Virus record (IMG/VR): IMGVR_UViG_3300023440_000002
Location: 32,001-96,000 of that record
Source of the DNA: a virus
Reading direction: 5' to 3' (one strand)
Length of the DNA stretch: 64,000 nt
Of this stretch, positions 10,904-20,985 are shown piece after piece (the stretch's first letter is position 1; every line of letters begins with the position of its first letter). The notes under the pieces are model-generated. The model was not told the origin of the DNA and ran no database searches. It saw nothing but the letters and a program-made list of their open reading frames with translations. The translations under genes were made by a program, and so were the position numbers.

Positions 10904-11797
10904 ATGGCAGAACTAAAAGAGAAGTTAACGGCATTAACAAAAGATCAAGAAGGGGCTATGGAGGGGTACAAAGACGAAGGTTGTCGTATCGGTCTTACTC
11001 TTGAAGATAACAAAACCGACCCAAAAAGAGTTCATGATATTATGAATCAGTTAAGGGTTTCTTGTGGTTTTGAAGAAGCCGAAGATTTTGTTTACCTTGA
11101 TAGCCCTAAGGCGGCTGTTTCAGGGTATGAAGAGTGTAATGTGCATAATTGTATGTACGGGTATCATGACATCAACTGGATTCAACACTACATGTTCTTT
11201 AAGAAAGAAACTGAGATTGAAGTTGACGATCGGATTGATCTTATGTTGGAGTTAGCGGAAACAGCTGGCTGGATGTGGATGACACCTAAACTGAATATTA
11301 TCACCAAAAGACCGGTTAAGTTAAACATGATCAAAAAAAGCAACAACATTAAGGTTATGCATAACTACAACGGAAAAGCTGTCGAGTTTGCTGACGGTTA
11401 CGGGGTTTATATGATTAATGGGGTTCAAATCCCAAAAGATCTAACTTACTTGGTCGATATGCCGGCCGAAGAGATAGACATCAAAACTGTCCTTGATATT
11501 AAAAACACCGAAATTAGAACAGAATTCCTAAAAAAGGTCGGTATCGAAAAGGCTTTTGATTCTCTATCTAAAACAAAACTAGACGAAAAGGAGATGGAAA
11601 TTGGTGGAACTTACGAGTTGTTTTCTGTTCAATTAGGTGAAGTTACTCGCATTTACCTAAGAGGTGAGTGCCCAAGCAATCAAGAACCTTTCTTTGAAGG
11701 TTGCCATCCGGACTGCAAAACAGTAGAGCAGGCTTTGAATTTCCGTAACGGGTTCAAACTTAACCTTAAGTTTAATGCACCACTAAACTTAACCTAA
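10904..11797 (+). CDS. DUF6745-like protein with no internal low-complexity tract
   Basis: 'LTKDQE..Y...IGL', 'LDSP', 'YGYHDINW', 'AGWMW', 'RP', 'H..NGKAVEFADGYGVYMINGV', 'IKNTEIR', 'CPS', 'VEQALNFR' match the family layout as I recall it. Confidence 0.7.
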   Translation: MAELKEKLTALTKDQEGAMEGYKDEGCRIGLTLEDNKTDPKRVHDIMNQLRVSCGFEEAEDFVYLDSPKAAVSGYEECNVHNCMYGYHDINWIQHYMFFKKETEIEVDDRIDLMLELAETAGWMWMTPKLNIITKRPVKLNMIKKSNNIKVMHNYNGKAVEFADGYGVYMINGVQIPKDLTYLVDMPAEEIDIKTVLDIKNTEIRTEFLKKVGIEKAFDSLSKTKLDEKEMEIGGTYELFSVQLGEVTRIYLRGECPSNQEPFFEGCHPDCKTVEQALNFRNGFKLNLKFNAPLNLT

Positions 11798-11807
11798 AAG
11801 CCTAATA

Positions 11808-11845
11808 AAAAAAAAGAGGATGCTGAGGCACACCCTCTTTTTTTT
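11808..11845. terminator. Intrinsic terminator-like hairpin
   Basis: A8-GAGG...CCTC-T8 after the 11797 stop. Confidence 0.6.
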
Positions 11846-11920
11846 AAAAAAACACTTGAAACTTAATATTAATTGTAGTAGACTAACCAACGAAAAGAGC
11901 AATTAAGCTCAAAAGGAGAA

Positions 11921-12307
11921 ATGTATATGCAGTACTACCAGCAAGGTGACGTTTTGCTAAAGAAGGTTTCAGTCCTTCCAAAGGAAGCAAAAAAGATTAA
12001 AGGGAAGGTTCTTCAAGAATCTGAGATTACAGGCCATCACCATCATTTTAAGGGTAACGCAGCGGTTGATCTATATCAAACCCTCGAAACTCCAACTAAT
12101 GATAAAACCATCACACCGAACTTTGGCAAATTCATCATTGTTAAAGAAATGTCAGATCTTTTCCACGGAAAAGGCTTTGACGCCACCCCTGCGGCACTAA
12201 ACCGAGGCGACCATGACGCAATCTCTATTCCACCTGGAATTTACGAGATCGATATCGTTAGAGAGTACGACTTTGACGCAAATGAGGTTTCTCGAGTGGT
12301 CGATTAA
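11921..12307 (+). CDS. Small conserved phage protein, usual neighbour of DUF6745 genes
   Basis: 'YQQGDVLL', 'E.TGHHH', 'H..I.IPPG.YEI...REYD'; SD GGAG present. Confidence 0.7.
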   Translation: MYMQYYQQGDVLLKKVSVLPKEAKKIKGKVLQESEITGHHHHFKGNAAVDLYQTLETPTNDKTITPNFGKFIIVKEMSDLFHGKGFDATPAALNRGDHDAISIPPGIYEIDIVREYDFDANEVSRVVD

Positions 12308-12317
12308 TCGACCACTT

Positions 12318-12354
12318 AAAGGGGTGTCATTTTTACATGACACCCCTTTTTTTT
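12318..12354 (+). terminator. Rho-independent terminator
   Basis: GGGGTGTCAT-loop-ATGACACCCC followed by T8. Confidence 0.9.
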
Positions 12355-12748
12355 ATAGCAAAAAAACCTAATATTATAAGCAAAGAGAGGTAACTGATTG
12401 ATATGTTTGAACTGTAAATTAGGTTATATGACCAGGCATCATGAACAACCATTTGGTGTGAATGAGTGGGTTAAGTGTTCGTTATGTTCATACTGTTGCA
12501 AAGGAAGTACGGATGATAGTTGTTATAAAAAAAAGCACCTTAGCCGAAATGAAGAAAAGAATCCAGAGATTAGAAACCCTCCACTTGAAAGCAGTAGAAA
12601 GAGCTGAAAAAGCAATTAAAGACCTCGAAAAAGCAACTAAAAAAAAGAAACCTGAGTGCTCACACACTTTTAACCCAAAATGGGAATCACACATTGGACC
12701 AGCCCCTTGCTTGAAGTGCGGCCATGTAGTGTACCAAACGGACATCTA

Positions 12749-13171
12749 ATGACTTTACTAGTAGACCTACAAAACTTAACGATTGGCACACAGACGAAGC
12801 AGATCGACGCTAATGATTCATACATGGAACATGCCGGACCGGTAGACTTCCGTTCGTTCATGGAATCAAAAGCAAGAAAAGGCGAAACTTCCGCCATGTT
12901 CCACTTAGAAAAGGAAGGTAATGCCAGAATAAGAAAGGCAGGTTACCAGTCTCTCAGTGGTCAAATAGGCACCTTAAGACCAGAACCTGGTCGAGGACTG
13001 ATAAGTCGTAATGGGGTAGGGTGGCTTTATATGAACCTGTCCACTTTAAATGAAACACAATTCAAAGCAGAGGTGCAAGATTTTATAGATTATCTAGAAT
13101 CAGAGGGTATCGTAATAACATCAGAGATAGTAGGTACTTCCATGGCGGACATTGGGGTTTCTTGGGCTTAG
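12749..13171 (+). CDS. Hypothetical protein
   Basis: Part of track ORF 12680..13171; likely start MTLLVDL overlaps the previous stop (TAATG). Confidence 0.55.
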   Translation: MTLLVDLQNLTIGTQTKQIDANDSYMEHAGPVDFRSFMESKARKGETSAMFHLEKEGNARIRKAGYQSLSGQIGTLRPEPGRGLISRNGVGWLYMNLSTLNETQFKAEVQDFIDYLESEGIVITSEIVGTSMADIGVSWA

Positions 13172-13186
13172 CTCGCAAAACTTAAC

Positions 13187-13213
13187 TAAAGTTTTTCAGC
13201 AAAGATCCGATAG
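13187..13213 (+). promoter_or_regulatory. Sigma-28-type promoter heading the + micro-ORF array
   Basis: TAAAGTTT-N11-TCCGATAG, about 50 nt before the first unit. Confidence 0.75.
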
Positions 13214-13259
13214 GGTGTATGTAAATGGCAAGTAGCTAACCCAATAAGGGAAAACCTAG

Positions 13260-15494
13260 ATGGAAACTAAATCTATTGCAAGTAAGGTTCACAGGAAGGT
13301 TCACGAGCAGATTCGCTGGCAGGTTTTCGGGCAGATTAACTGGGAGATTAGCAACCAGGTTGCCGATCAAATAATCAATCCAATAATCAATCCAATAAGG
13401 GATGATCTAAATGGAAACTAAAGATATTACAAAAGATGTTCGCCAGCAGGTTTACGAGCAGGTTCGCCAGGAGGTTTACGAGCAGGTTAACCGGCAGGTT
13501 CGCTGGAAGGTTGACGAGCAGATTCACTGGCAAATTCGAGATCAGGTTTACCGGCAGGTTCGCTGGCAGATTAACTGGCAGATTAGCGATCAGGTTAACT
13601 GACAAATAACTGAACCAATAAAGGATAACCTAGATGAAAGCTAAAGATATCACAAAAGAGGTTTACCGGCAGGTTCGCTGGCCGATTCTCGAGCAGGTTG
13701 CCGATCAAATAATCAATCCAATAATCAATCCAATAAGGGAAAACCTAAATGGAAGCTAAAGTTATTACAAATATAACCGATAAGATTTACAGTCAGGTTC
13801 TCAACCAGGTTAGCGACCGGATTCACGAGCAGCTTTACTGGGAGATTTACGGGCAGGTCCACGACCAGGTTCTCGGGCAAATATCTGACCCAATAGAGGA
13901 AAACCTAGATGGAAGCTAAAGTTATTACTAATAATATTTACGACCAGGTTCGCCAGAAGATTAAACAGCAGATTTTCGAGCAAGTTTATTGGCAAGTTAG
14001 CTTGCAGGTTCGCTGGTATATTAGCGATCAGATTAACCAGCAGGTTCGCGAGCAAATAGCCACCCCAATAAGGGAAAATCTAAGTGGAAACTGAAGATAT
14101 TACAAAAGAGGTTCGCCGGCATATTGTCAAGCAGATTAACTTGCAGGTTCGCGATCAAGTAACTAATCCAATATGGACTGATCTAAATGGAAACTAAAGA
14201 CGTTACAAATACAGCCGATCAGTCCCGCCGGCAGGTTCGCTGGAAGGTTGCCGATCAGGTTTTCGACCAGGTTAATGATCAGGTTAATGATCAGGTTTAC
14301 TGGCAGATTAACTGGGAGATTAGCAACCAGGTTGCCGATCAAATAATCAATCCAATAATCAATCCAATAAGGGATGATCTAAATGGAAACTAAAGATATT
14401 ACTAATGAGGTTCGCCAGCAGGTTTACTGGGAGATTCACAGTCAGGTTAACTGGCATGTTCGCAACCAGGTTCGCAACCAGGTTCGCCGGAAGGTTTTCT
14501 CGCAGATTTACGAGCAGGTTTTCGGGCAAATAACTAACCCAATAAAGGAAGATCTAGATGGAAACTGAAGATGTTACAGATAAGATTTACTATCGAATTA
14601 CCGGACAGGTCCGCAATCAGGTTGAGTGGCAGGTTCGCAGGCAGGTTCGTGACCAGATTATTGACCAGATTTACGACCAGATTGACGAACAAATAGTTAT
14701 CCCAATAAAGGAAAATCTAAATGACTGAAGCTAAAGTTATTAAAAATAAGATTTACCGGCAGATTCGCGGCCAGATTTGCCGGCAGATTAACCGGCAGAT
14801 TCGCTGGCAGACTCGCAGTCAGATTTGCCGGCAGATTAACTGGGATATTCGCGATCAGGTTCGCATTCAGATTTACGATCAGGCTAATGATCAAATATTT
14901 AATCCAATAAGGGATGATCTAAATGGAAACTAAAGATATTACAAATACAGCCGATCAGTCCCGCCGGCAGGTTCGCTGGAAGGTTGCCGATCAGATTTTC
15001 GACCAGGTTAATGATCAGGTTTACTGGCAGGTTTTCGGGCAGATTAACTGGGAGATTAGCAACCAGGTTGCCGATCAAATAATCAATCCAATAATCAATC
15101 CAATAAGGGATGACCTAAATGGAAACTAAAGATATTGCAAAAGAGATTCACGAGCAGGTTTACGAGCAGGTTTGCGACCAGGTTAGCGAGCAGGTTCGCC
15201 GGCAGGTTCGCCGGCAGGTTTACTGTCAGATTGGCGACCAGACTTACTGGCAAGTAACTAACCCAATAAGGGATGACCTAAATGGAAACTGAAGATATTG
15301 CAAAAGAGATTCACGAGCAGGTTGGCGAGCAGATTCGCCGGCAACTTTACGAGCAGGTTAACCGGCAGGTTCGCTGGAAGGTTGACGAGCAGATTTACTG
15401 GAAGGTTCGCTGGCAGATTCTCAACCAGGTTTCCGAGCAAATTACCAATCAGATTATCTGACAGATTCAAAACCCAATAAGGGATAACCCCTAA
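13260..15494 (+). repeat. Micro-ORF array 1: 13 coupled QVxx-repeat units
   Basis: Unit starts read by hand at 13260, 13411, 13634, 13749, 13909, 14084 (GTG), 14187, 14383, 14558, 14721, 14923, 15119 and 15282. The conserved junction CCAATAAGGGAnnAnCTARATGGAAACTAAAGATATT holds an SD and an 11-nt start/stop overlap. Confidence 0.92.
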
Positions 15495-15516
15495 ATAAAC
15501 TAAGAAAGGAACTATT

Positions 15517-15738
15517 ATGGCAAAGCAAGAATCAACACCGTGGGATGACCTAGAAGGAAGATTGGTCAACTACAAAAAACTACACCAGAAGAAAGCCACC
15601 GGACCACTCAAGGAAGAACTGGCTAAGGCAAAAACCCTAACTCAAGCTAGAAAGGTACTCTTCGGAGAAAAGAAGAAAAGAATCAATTGCTCTAATTGCT
15701 CACACAAAGTTTGTGTTTGCGGGAAAACTTCCCGTTGA
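15517..15738 (+). CDS. Small hypothetical protein with C-terminal Cys cluster
   Basis: SD AAGGA; CSNC..VCVC. Confidence 0.55.
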   Translation: MAKQESTPWDDLEGRLVNYKKLHQKKATGPLKEELAKAKTLTQARKVLFGEKKKRINCSNCSHKVCVCGKTSR

Positions 15739-15906
15739 TTTTCGCAGTGAAGGTCAAAATAGAATCATTTGACTCGAGGTTTACTGAAATAACCCAAGAC
15801 CTTTATTTCAGTAAACCTCCTAGTGAACAAGAAATAACCAAAGAGGCTTCTATTGACCCGCAAGTAAAGTGGTCATACATCGTAAAAAGAGTAATCATAA
15901 TCAACA

Positions 15907-16161
15907 ATGAAGGTATTTAACTTAATATTATGGCTTAAGGGATTGTTCTCTAAAAAGGGTATATCACACACTATTATGAAACCCCAAGGATTTAACGCCC
16001 TTAAGCCTAGCACCCCATCTAATTGCATTTATTGCGAAAACCAATGGGAAGAATTCGACCAGCATTCTTATGAAAGATGCAGTAAATGCTTCGATCTAAC
16101 CAACCTCCACCCAAGCAAAGTAACTTTAAAGAACAATAAAATCACCATTAACTTCGAGTAA
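15907..16161 (+). CDS. Small zinc-ribbon-like hypothetical protein
   Basis: Two CxxC motifs. Confidence 0.45.
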   Translation: MKVFNLILWLKGLFSKKGISHTIMKPQGFNALKPSTPSNCIYCENQWEEFDQHSYERCSKCFDLTNLHPSKVTLKNNKITINFE

Positions 16162-16165
16162 ACCC

Positions 16166-18391
16166 ATGACTAAATACGAACAATTCAGACAATACATCGC
16201 CCAATTCCTCCAAGGCCCTAACGTAGAAGCGATACTTAATAGTTTAGCAGACGATTCAACTAAACTAGAAAACCTATCGAGATCCGTAACAGACCAGCTA
16301 ACCATATCGACAGCCTCAAGTGTTTACTTAGATAAAAGACTAGCTGACAAAGGAATAACTCGCCCACCAGAACTAGGCATGTCTGACATATCATTCCGTA
16401 AGATGGGAATACAAATAACTGCGGCTAAGCAACTAACTGGATTAATCCATACGATACTGGGCACTTTCTATGGTGAAGAAGCAGTAAGGGCTAACCTGAA
16501 GAATACTAAGACAGGACCTTACAACCTAGAAGAAGGAATGGAACTAGAGTTCGAACTAGAGGATGGTATTACTAGGGTGGTATCATTCAAAAACACAGAC
16601 TTCATAAACATCAACCAAGCTACGGCATCAGAGGTAGCATCAGTAATAACACGATTCATAAGAACACAGAACTTAGGAGCTTTTGCTAGTACAGTAAAGG
16701 ACTTAAACACAGGCTTAGAGTTCATAAAGTTGTTCGGTGGAGCTGCGGGGCCATACTCAACAGTGACAGTCACAGGAGGCGAAGCTAATACAATCCTGCA
16801 ATTTCCTAATATTAGAGGAACCGAGCTGTTAGTTAATGATACAGCATGGGAGATTACCCGTACCGTAGGCAGCACATTACGGTTCAGATGGGCAGGCAAT
16901 TCCAAACCGGCATTAGACTTGATATTTCCAACCGACCGCGTAATGATTTACGGGCAAAGTTTTGAGTCTATTGGACTGGCCGGAACTTTTATTGTCTCAA
17001 ACGTACGACCTCCACTGATCGGCCCAGACCTAGACGCAGGGTGGTTCGAGATAGAAGTCCCTGCTTTCAGTGGCTTACGTTCTACTCAGCCTGGCACAAC
17101 ACCCCCAACTAACGTACCACCCGACACTATCTATTCTTATACCATAGTTCAAGCCAACTGGGAAGAGCTAATGTTCATGAAGCCAGTCAAAGCTTTACCT
17201 AACCGCCAGGTGCGTTACGCCTTAGGTTGGGAGCCTAGAGGTGATTTGCTGCGAATTTATATGCCGGCAACAACTGGTATTGTCTCTAGGGGGATTGAAG
17301 GTGCAGCACACTTACATTCGCTTTACGAGGACGGTAATCTGGATGGGGCTTTCGGCTCTGTTACGGATCTTGACTCCGCAGTGGAAGTTATCTCAGATCG
17401 CATTATACGATACCGCCAACTAGGTTACGATAATCACGCTACGGGAGGAGTATTGTCTTGGGGTGGTAATGACTACGAAATCGATTATGTCCGGCGTGAG
17501 CAATTCACCTCTACCGTATTTTTGAATGAGCCCCACGGATTGCCGGTAGTGCAAGATTCTTTCGGGCGCGACGTTTCTTTGGAAGTGGTATCTGTTGTGG
17601 TGGATATTATGCAGACAGACGATTTAGAATTCAAATCCCCCTATATGGTTGACCTAGGTAAGAACTACACCGTCAGGTCTGAGTTTGTTACTTCTCGCGC
17701 TAAGGTGTTTGCGGGTTCCACCCTGTCCACTTTGGATGTGGATGGTATTTTACCTAATGAGCCAGGGGTATTATTGTTCGACTTAAACACCGACAAAGAA
17801 GAAGGCCCTATTCGTTATGTTGGGGTTCAGGCTCAAAACGCCCCTAACGTGGTGAATATAGTGACTATTTCCCAAAACGGGCTGAATGTTACCATTACCA
17901 CAGATGCTCCTCACGGCGCTACTAGTGGCAGCAACATAGTAATATCAGGTACAACTTTCTTTGATGGGGTGTATCCCGTAGTGGGCGTACCTAACCCGAC
18001 TACCATCCAAGCGATTTCCACTGTCGTCCAGGTGGAGAATGAGGTTGGGGTAGGTAGCTTGTCTGTTGTGGTGGATAATGTTCGGTCTACGTTGCTGCTC
18101 GACCCTAGCAATGAATTCAAGTTTGATCATGAAATAGGAGCTGACTTAACTTTGATGTCTTCTAGGAATGCCTACCAGCCTGCCTTAGATGGCTCAGATT
18201 ACCCGTTCTACGTTACTGGGGTAGCTGAGGGTAGAGTTTTCGCTGCGGACGTCATAGAGGCTATTACGGCGTTAGGGATTAATATCGAAATATTGATCGT
18301 CTACCCAAGCGATAAAGGCCTAGGCAACGAAGGAGGTTCAGATGGTAATGAAACCCCTGTGTCAGATAAAGTTACGGTTTGGGGTGTTTAA
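16166..18391 (+). CDS. Probable baseplate/tail structural protein
   Basis: 741 aa. N-terminal 'ISTASSVYLDK..GITRP..MSD.SFR' resembles wedge-subunit motifs. Shares 'F...ATA.E' and 'VTITTDAPHG..G..I.ISG' motifs with 1596..8291 and 42074..47227. Confidence 0.65.
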   Translation: MTKYEQFRQYIAQFLQGPNVEAILNSLADDSTKLENLSRSVTDQLTISTASSVYLDKRLADKGITRPPELGMSDISFRKMGIQITAAKQLTGLIHTILGTFYGEEAVRANLKNTKTGPYNLEEGMELEFELEDGITRVVSFKNTDFININQATASEVASVITRFIRTQNLGAFASTVKDLNTGLEFIKLFGGAAGPYSTVTVTGGEANTILQFPNIRGTELLVNDTAWEITRTVGSTLRFRWAGNSKPALDLIFPTDRVMIYGQSFESIGLAGTFIVSNVRPPLIGPDLDAGWFEIEVPAFSGLRSTQPGTTPPTNVPPDTIYSYTIVQANWEELMFMKPVKALPNRQVRYALGWEPRGDLLRIYMPATTGIVSRGIEGAAHLHSLYEDGNLDGAFGSVTDLDSAVEVISDRIIRYRQLGYDNHATGGVLSWGGNDYEIDYVRREQFTSTVFLNEPHGLPVVQDSFGRDVSLEVVSVVVDIMQTDDLEFKSPYMVDLGKNYTVRSEFVTSRAKVFAGSTLSTLDVDGILPNEPGVLLFDLNTDKEEGPIRYVGVQAQNAPNVVNIVTISQNGLNVTITTDAPHGATSGSNIVISGTTFFDGVYPVVGVPNPTTIQAISTVVQVENEVGVGSLSVVVDNVRSTLLLDPSNEFKFDHEIGADLTLMSSRNAYQPALDGSDYPFYVTGVAEGRVFAADVIEAITALGINIEILIVYPSDKGLGNEGGSDGNETPVSDKVTVWGV

Positions 18392-20671
18392 GATCTCCCC
18401 TTATCAGGTTAGCTACTTGCCAGCTAACCTGCCAGTGAACCCGGTTGCTAGTCTGACGTTGAATATGCCAGTAAACCTGTCCGCTAACCTGCTCGTAAAC
18501 CTGCCGGTAAATCTGCTCGCGAATCTTATTAGCAATATCATTAGTTTTCATCGATATCATCCTTTATTTGGTTAGCTACTTGCCAGCTAATCTGCTCGAG
18601 AATCGGCCAGCGAACCTGCCTTCTAATCTTATTGCTAACCTGCCAGCGGACCTGCCAGTGAACCTGCCAGATAACCTGCCAGTAAATCTGCTCGCGAACC
18701 TGCTGGCGAATCTCTTTTGCAATATCATTAGTTTCCACTTAGGTCGCTCCATATTGGATCAGTTATTTGCAGGCGAACCTGCTCGCAAGCCTGCCGGTGA
18801 ACCTGCCATCCAACCTGCCAGCTAACCTGCTCGATAACCTGCTCGAGAATCTGCTCGTAAATCTGCTCGCGAATCTTACTTGTAATATCATTAGTTTCCA
18901 TTCAGATTATCCCTTATTGGGTTGGCTATTTGCTGGCCAACTTGGTCGATAATCCGGTCGCTAACCTGCCGGTAAACCTGCTCGATAACCTTCCAGTAAA
19001 CCTGGTCGTCAATCTGCTCGAGAATATGCCAGCAAACCTGATCGTAAACCTCCTGGCGAATCTCTTTTGCAATATCATTAGTTTCCACTTAGGTCGCTCC
19101 ATATTGGGTTGGCTATTTGCTCTTGAACCTGCCAGTAAACCTGGTCGTTAACCTTCCAGTAAACCTGTCCGCTAACCTGCTCGTAAACCTGTCGGTAAAT
19201 CTGCTCGCGAACCTGATCGATAACCTGCCCTCGAACCTGCTGGCGAATCTCTTTTGCAATATCTTCAGTCATATAGATCATCCTTGATTGGATTAGCTAC
19301 TTGCAGGCGAACCTGCTCGTAAACCCGCCAGTTAATCTGGTCGTCAATATGGCCGTAAATCTTCCAGCGAATTTCTTTTGTAATACCTTTAGCTTTCATT
19401 AAGGTTATCCTTTATTGGGTTAGCTATTTGATCGAAAACCTGGTCGATAACCTGCCCGCTAACCTGGTCGTCAATCTGCTCGAGAATATGCCAATAAGCC
19501 TGGTCGTTAACCTGCCCCAGAACCTGCTGGCGAACCTGCCAACGAACCTCATTAGTAATAACTTTAGCTTTCATCTAGGTCGCTCCATATTGGATCAGTT
19601 ATTTGCAGGCGAACCTGGTCTCGAATCTCCCAGTGAACCTGCTCGATAACCTGCAAGTTAATTTGCTTGACAATATGCAGGTAAGCCTTCCAGCTAATCT
19701 CTTTTGCAATATCTTCAGTCATTTAGGTTTTCCTTTATTGGGTTAGTTATTTGCCAGCTAACCTGCTCGAGAATCTGCCAATTAACCTGCTCGATAACCT
19801 GCCAGTAAACCTGTTCGATAACCTGCCGGCGGATCTGGTTGCGAACCTGCCCGCTAACCTGGTCGTCAATCTGACAGTAAACTTGCCAGCTAATATCTTC
19901 AGTCATTTAGGTTATCCTTTATTGGGTCAGATATTTGATCATGAACCTGCCATCCAATCTGCCATCCAATCTGCCGGAAAACCTGCCAGTAAACCTGTCG
20001 GCGAACCTTCCAGAGAGCTTGGTCGTTAACCTGATCATTAACCTGCCGGTGAACATCTTTTGCAATATCTTCAGTTTCCATTTAGGTTATCCTTTATTGG
20101 GTCAGATATTTGATCATGAACCTGCCATCCAATCTGCCATCCAATCTGCCGGAGAGCCTGGTCGTTAATCTGCCAGTAAATCTGTTGGTGAATCTGCTGG
20201 TGAATCTCATTAGTAATATCTTTAGCTTTCATCTAGGTCTTCCCATATTGGATTAGCTATTTGCTCGAAAACCTGCTCGTAAACCTGCCGGCGAACCTGG
20301 TCGTAAACCTGCCCGCGAATCTGCCAGTAAATCTCCCAGTAAACCTGCCAGTTAACCTCTTTTGTGATATCTTCAGATTCCATTTAGATCTACCTTTATT
20401 GGGGTGGCTATTTGATTGCGAACCTGCTCGTAAACCTGCCGGCGAACCTGGTCGCAAACCTGCCCGCGAATCTGCCAGTAAATCTCCCAGTAAACCTGAT
20501 CATTAATCTGCCAGTGAAGCTTCCAGTGAACCTGGCCGTTAATCTGCTCTCGAACCTGCTGGCGAATCTCATTAGTAATATCTTCAGCTTTCATCTAGGT
20601 CATCCATTATTGGGGTGGCTATTTGATTGCGAACCTGGTCGCTAACCTGCCGACCTTACTTTACATAAACC

Positions 20672-20698
20672 TTATCGGTTATGTCTGTAATAACTTTA
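20672..20698 (-). promoter_or_regulatory. Sigma-28-type promoter inside an array unit
   Basis: Reverse complement TAAAGTTA-N11-ACCGATAA. Confidence 0.75.
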
Positions 20699-20958
20699 GC
20701 TTTCACTTAGGTCTCCACCTATTAGGTTACGAACCTGCCGGCGAACCTGCCAGTGAACCGGCAGGTTAATTTGCTCGACAATATGCAAGTAAGTCTTCCA
20801 GCTAGTCTGCTGGTTAACCTGCTGATGGATCTTCCAGTGAATCTGCCGGCGAATCTCTTTTGTAGTATCTTTAGTTTCCATTGAGATTTTCCTTTATTGG
20901 GTCAGTTATTTGATTGCGAGCTTGATCGTCAATTTGCCGACCTTACTTTACATAAACC

Positions 20959-20985
20959 TTATCGGCTATATCTGTAATAACTTTA
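20959..20985 (-). promoter_or_regulatory. Sigma-28-type promoter inside an array unit
   Basis: Reverse complement TAAAGTTA-N11-GCCGATAA. Confidence 0.8.
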
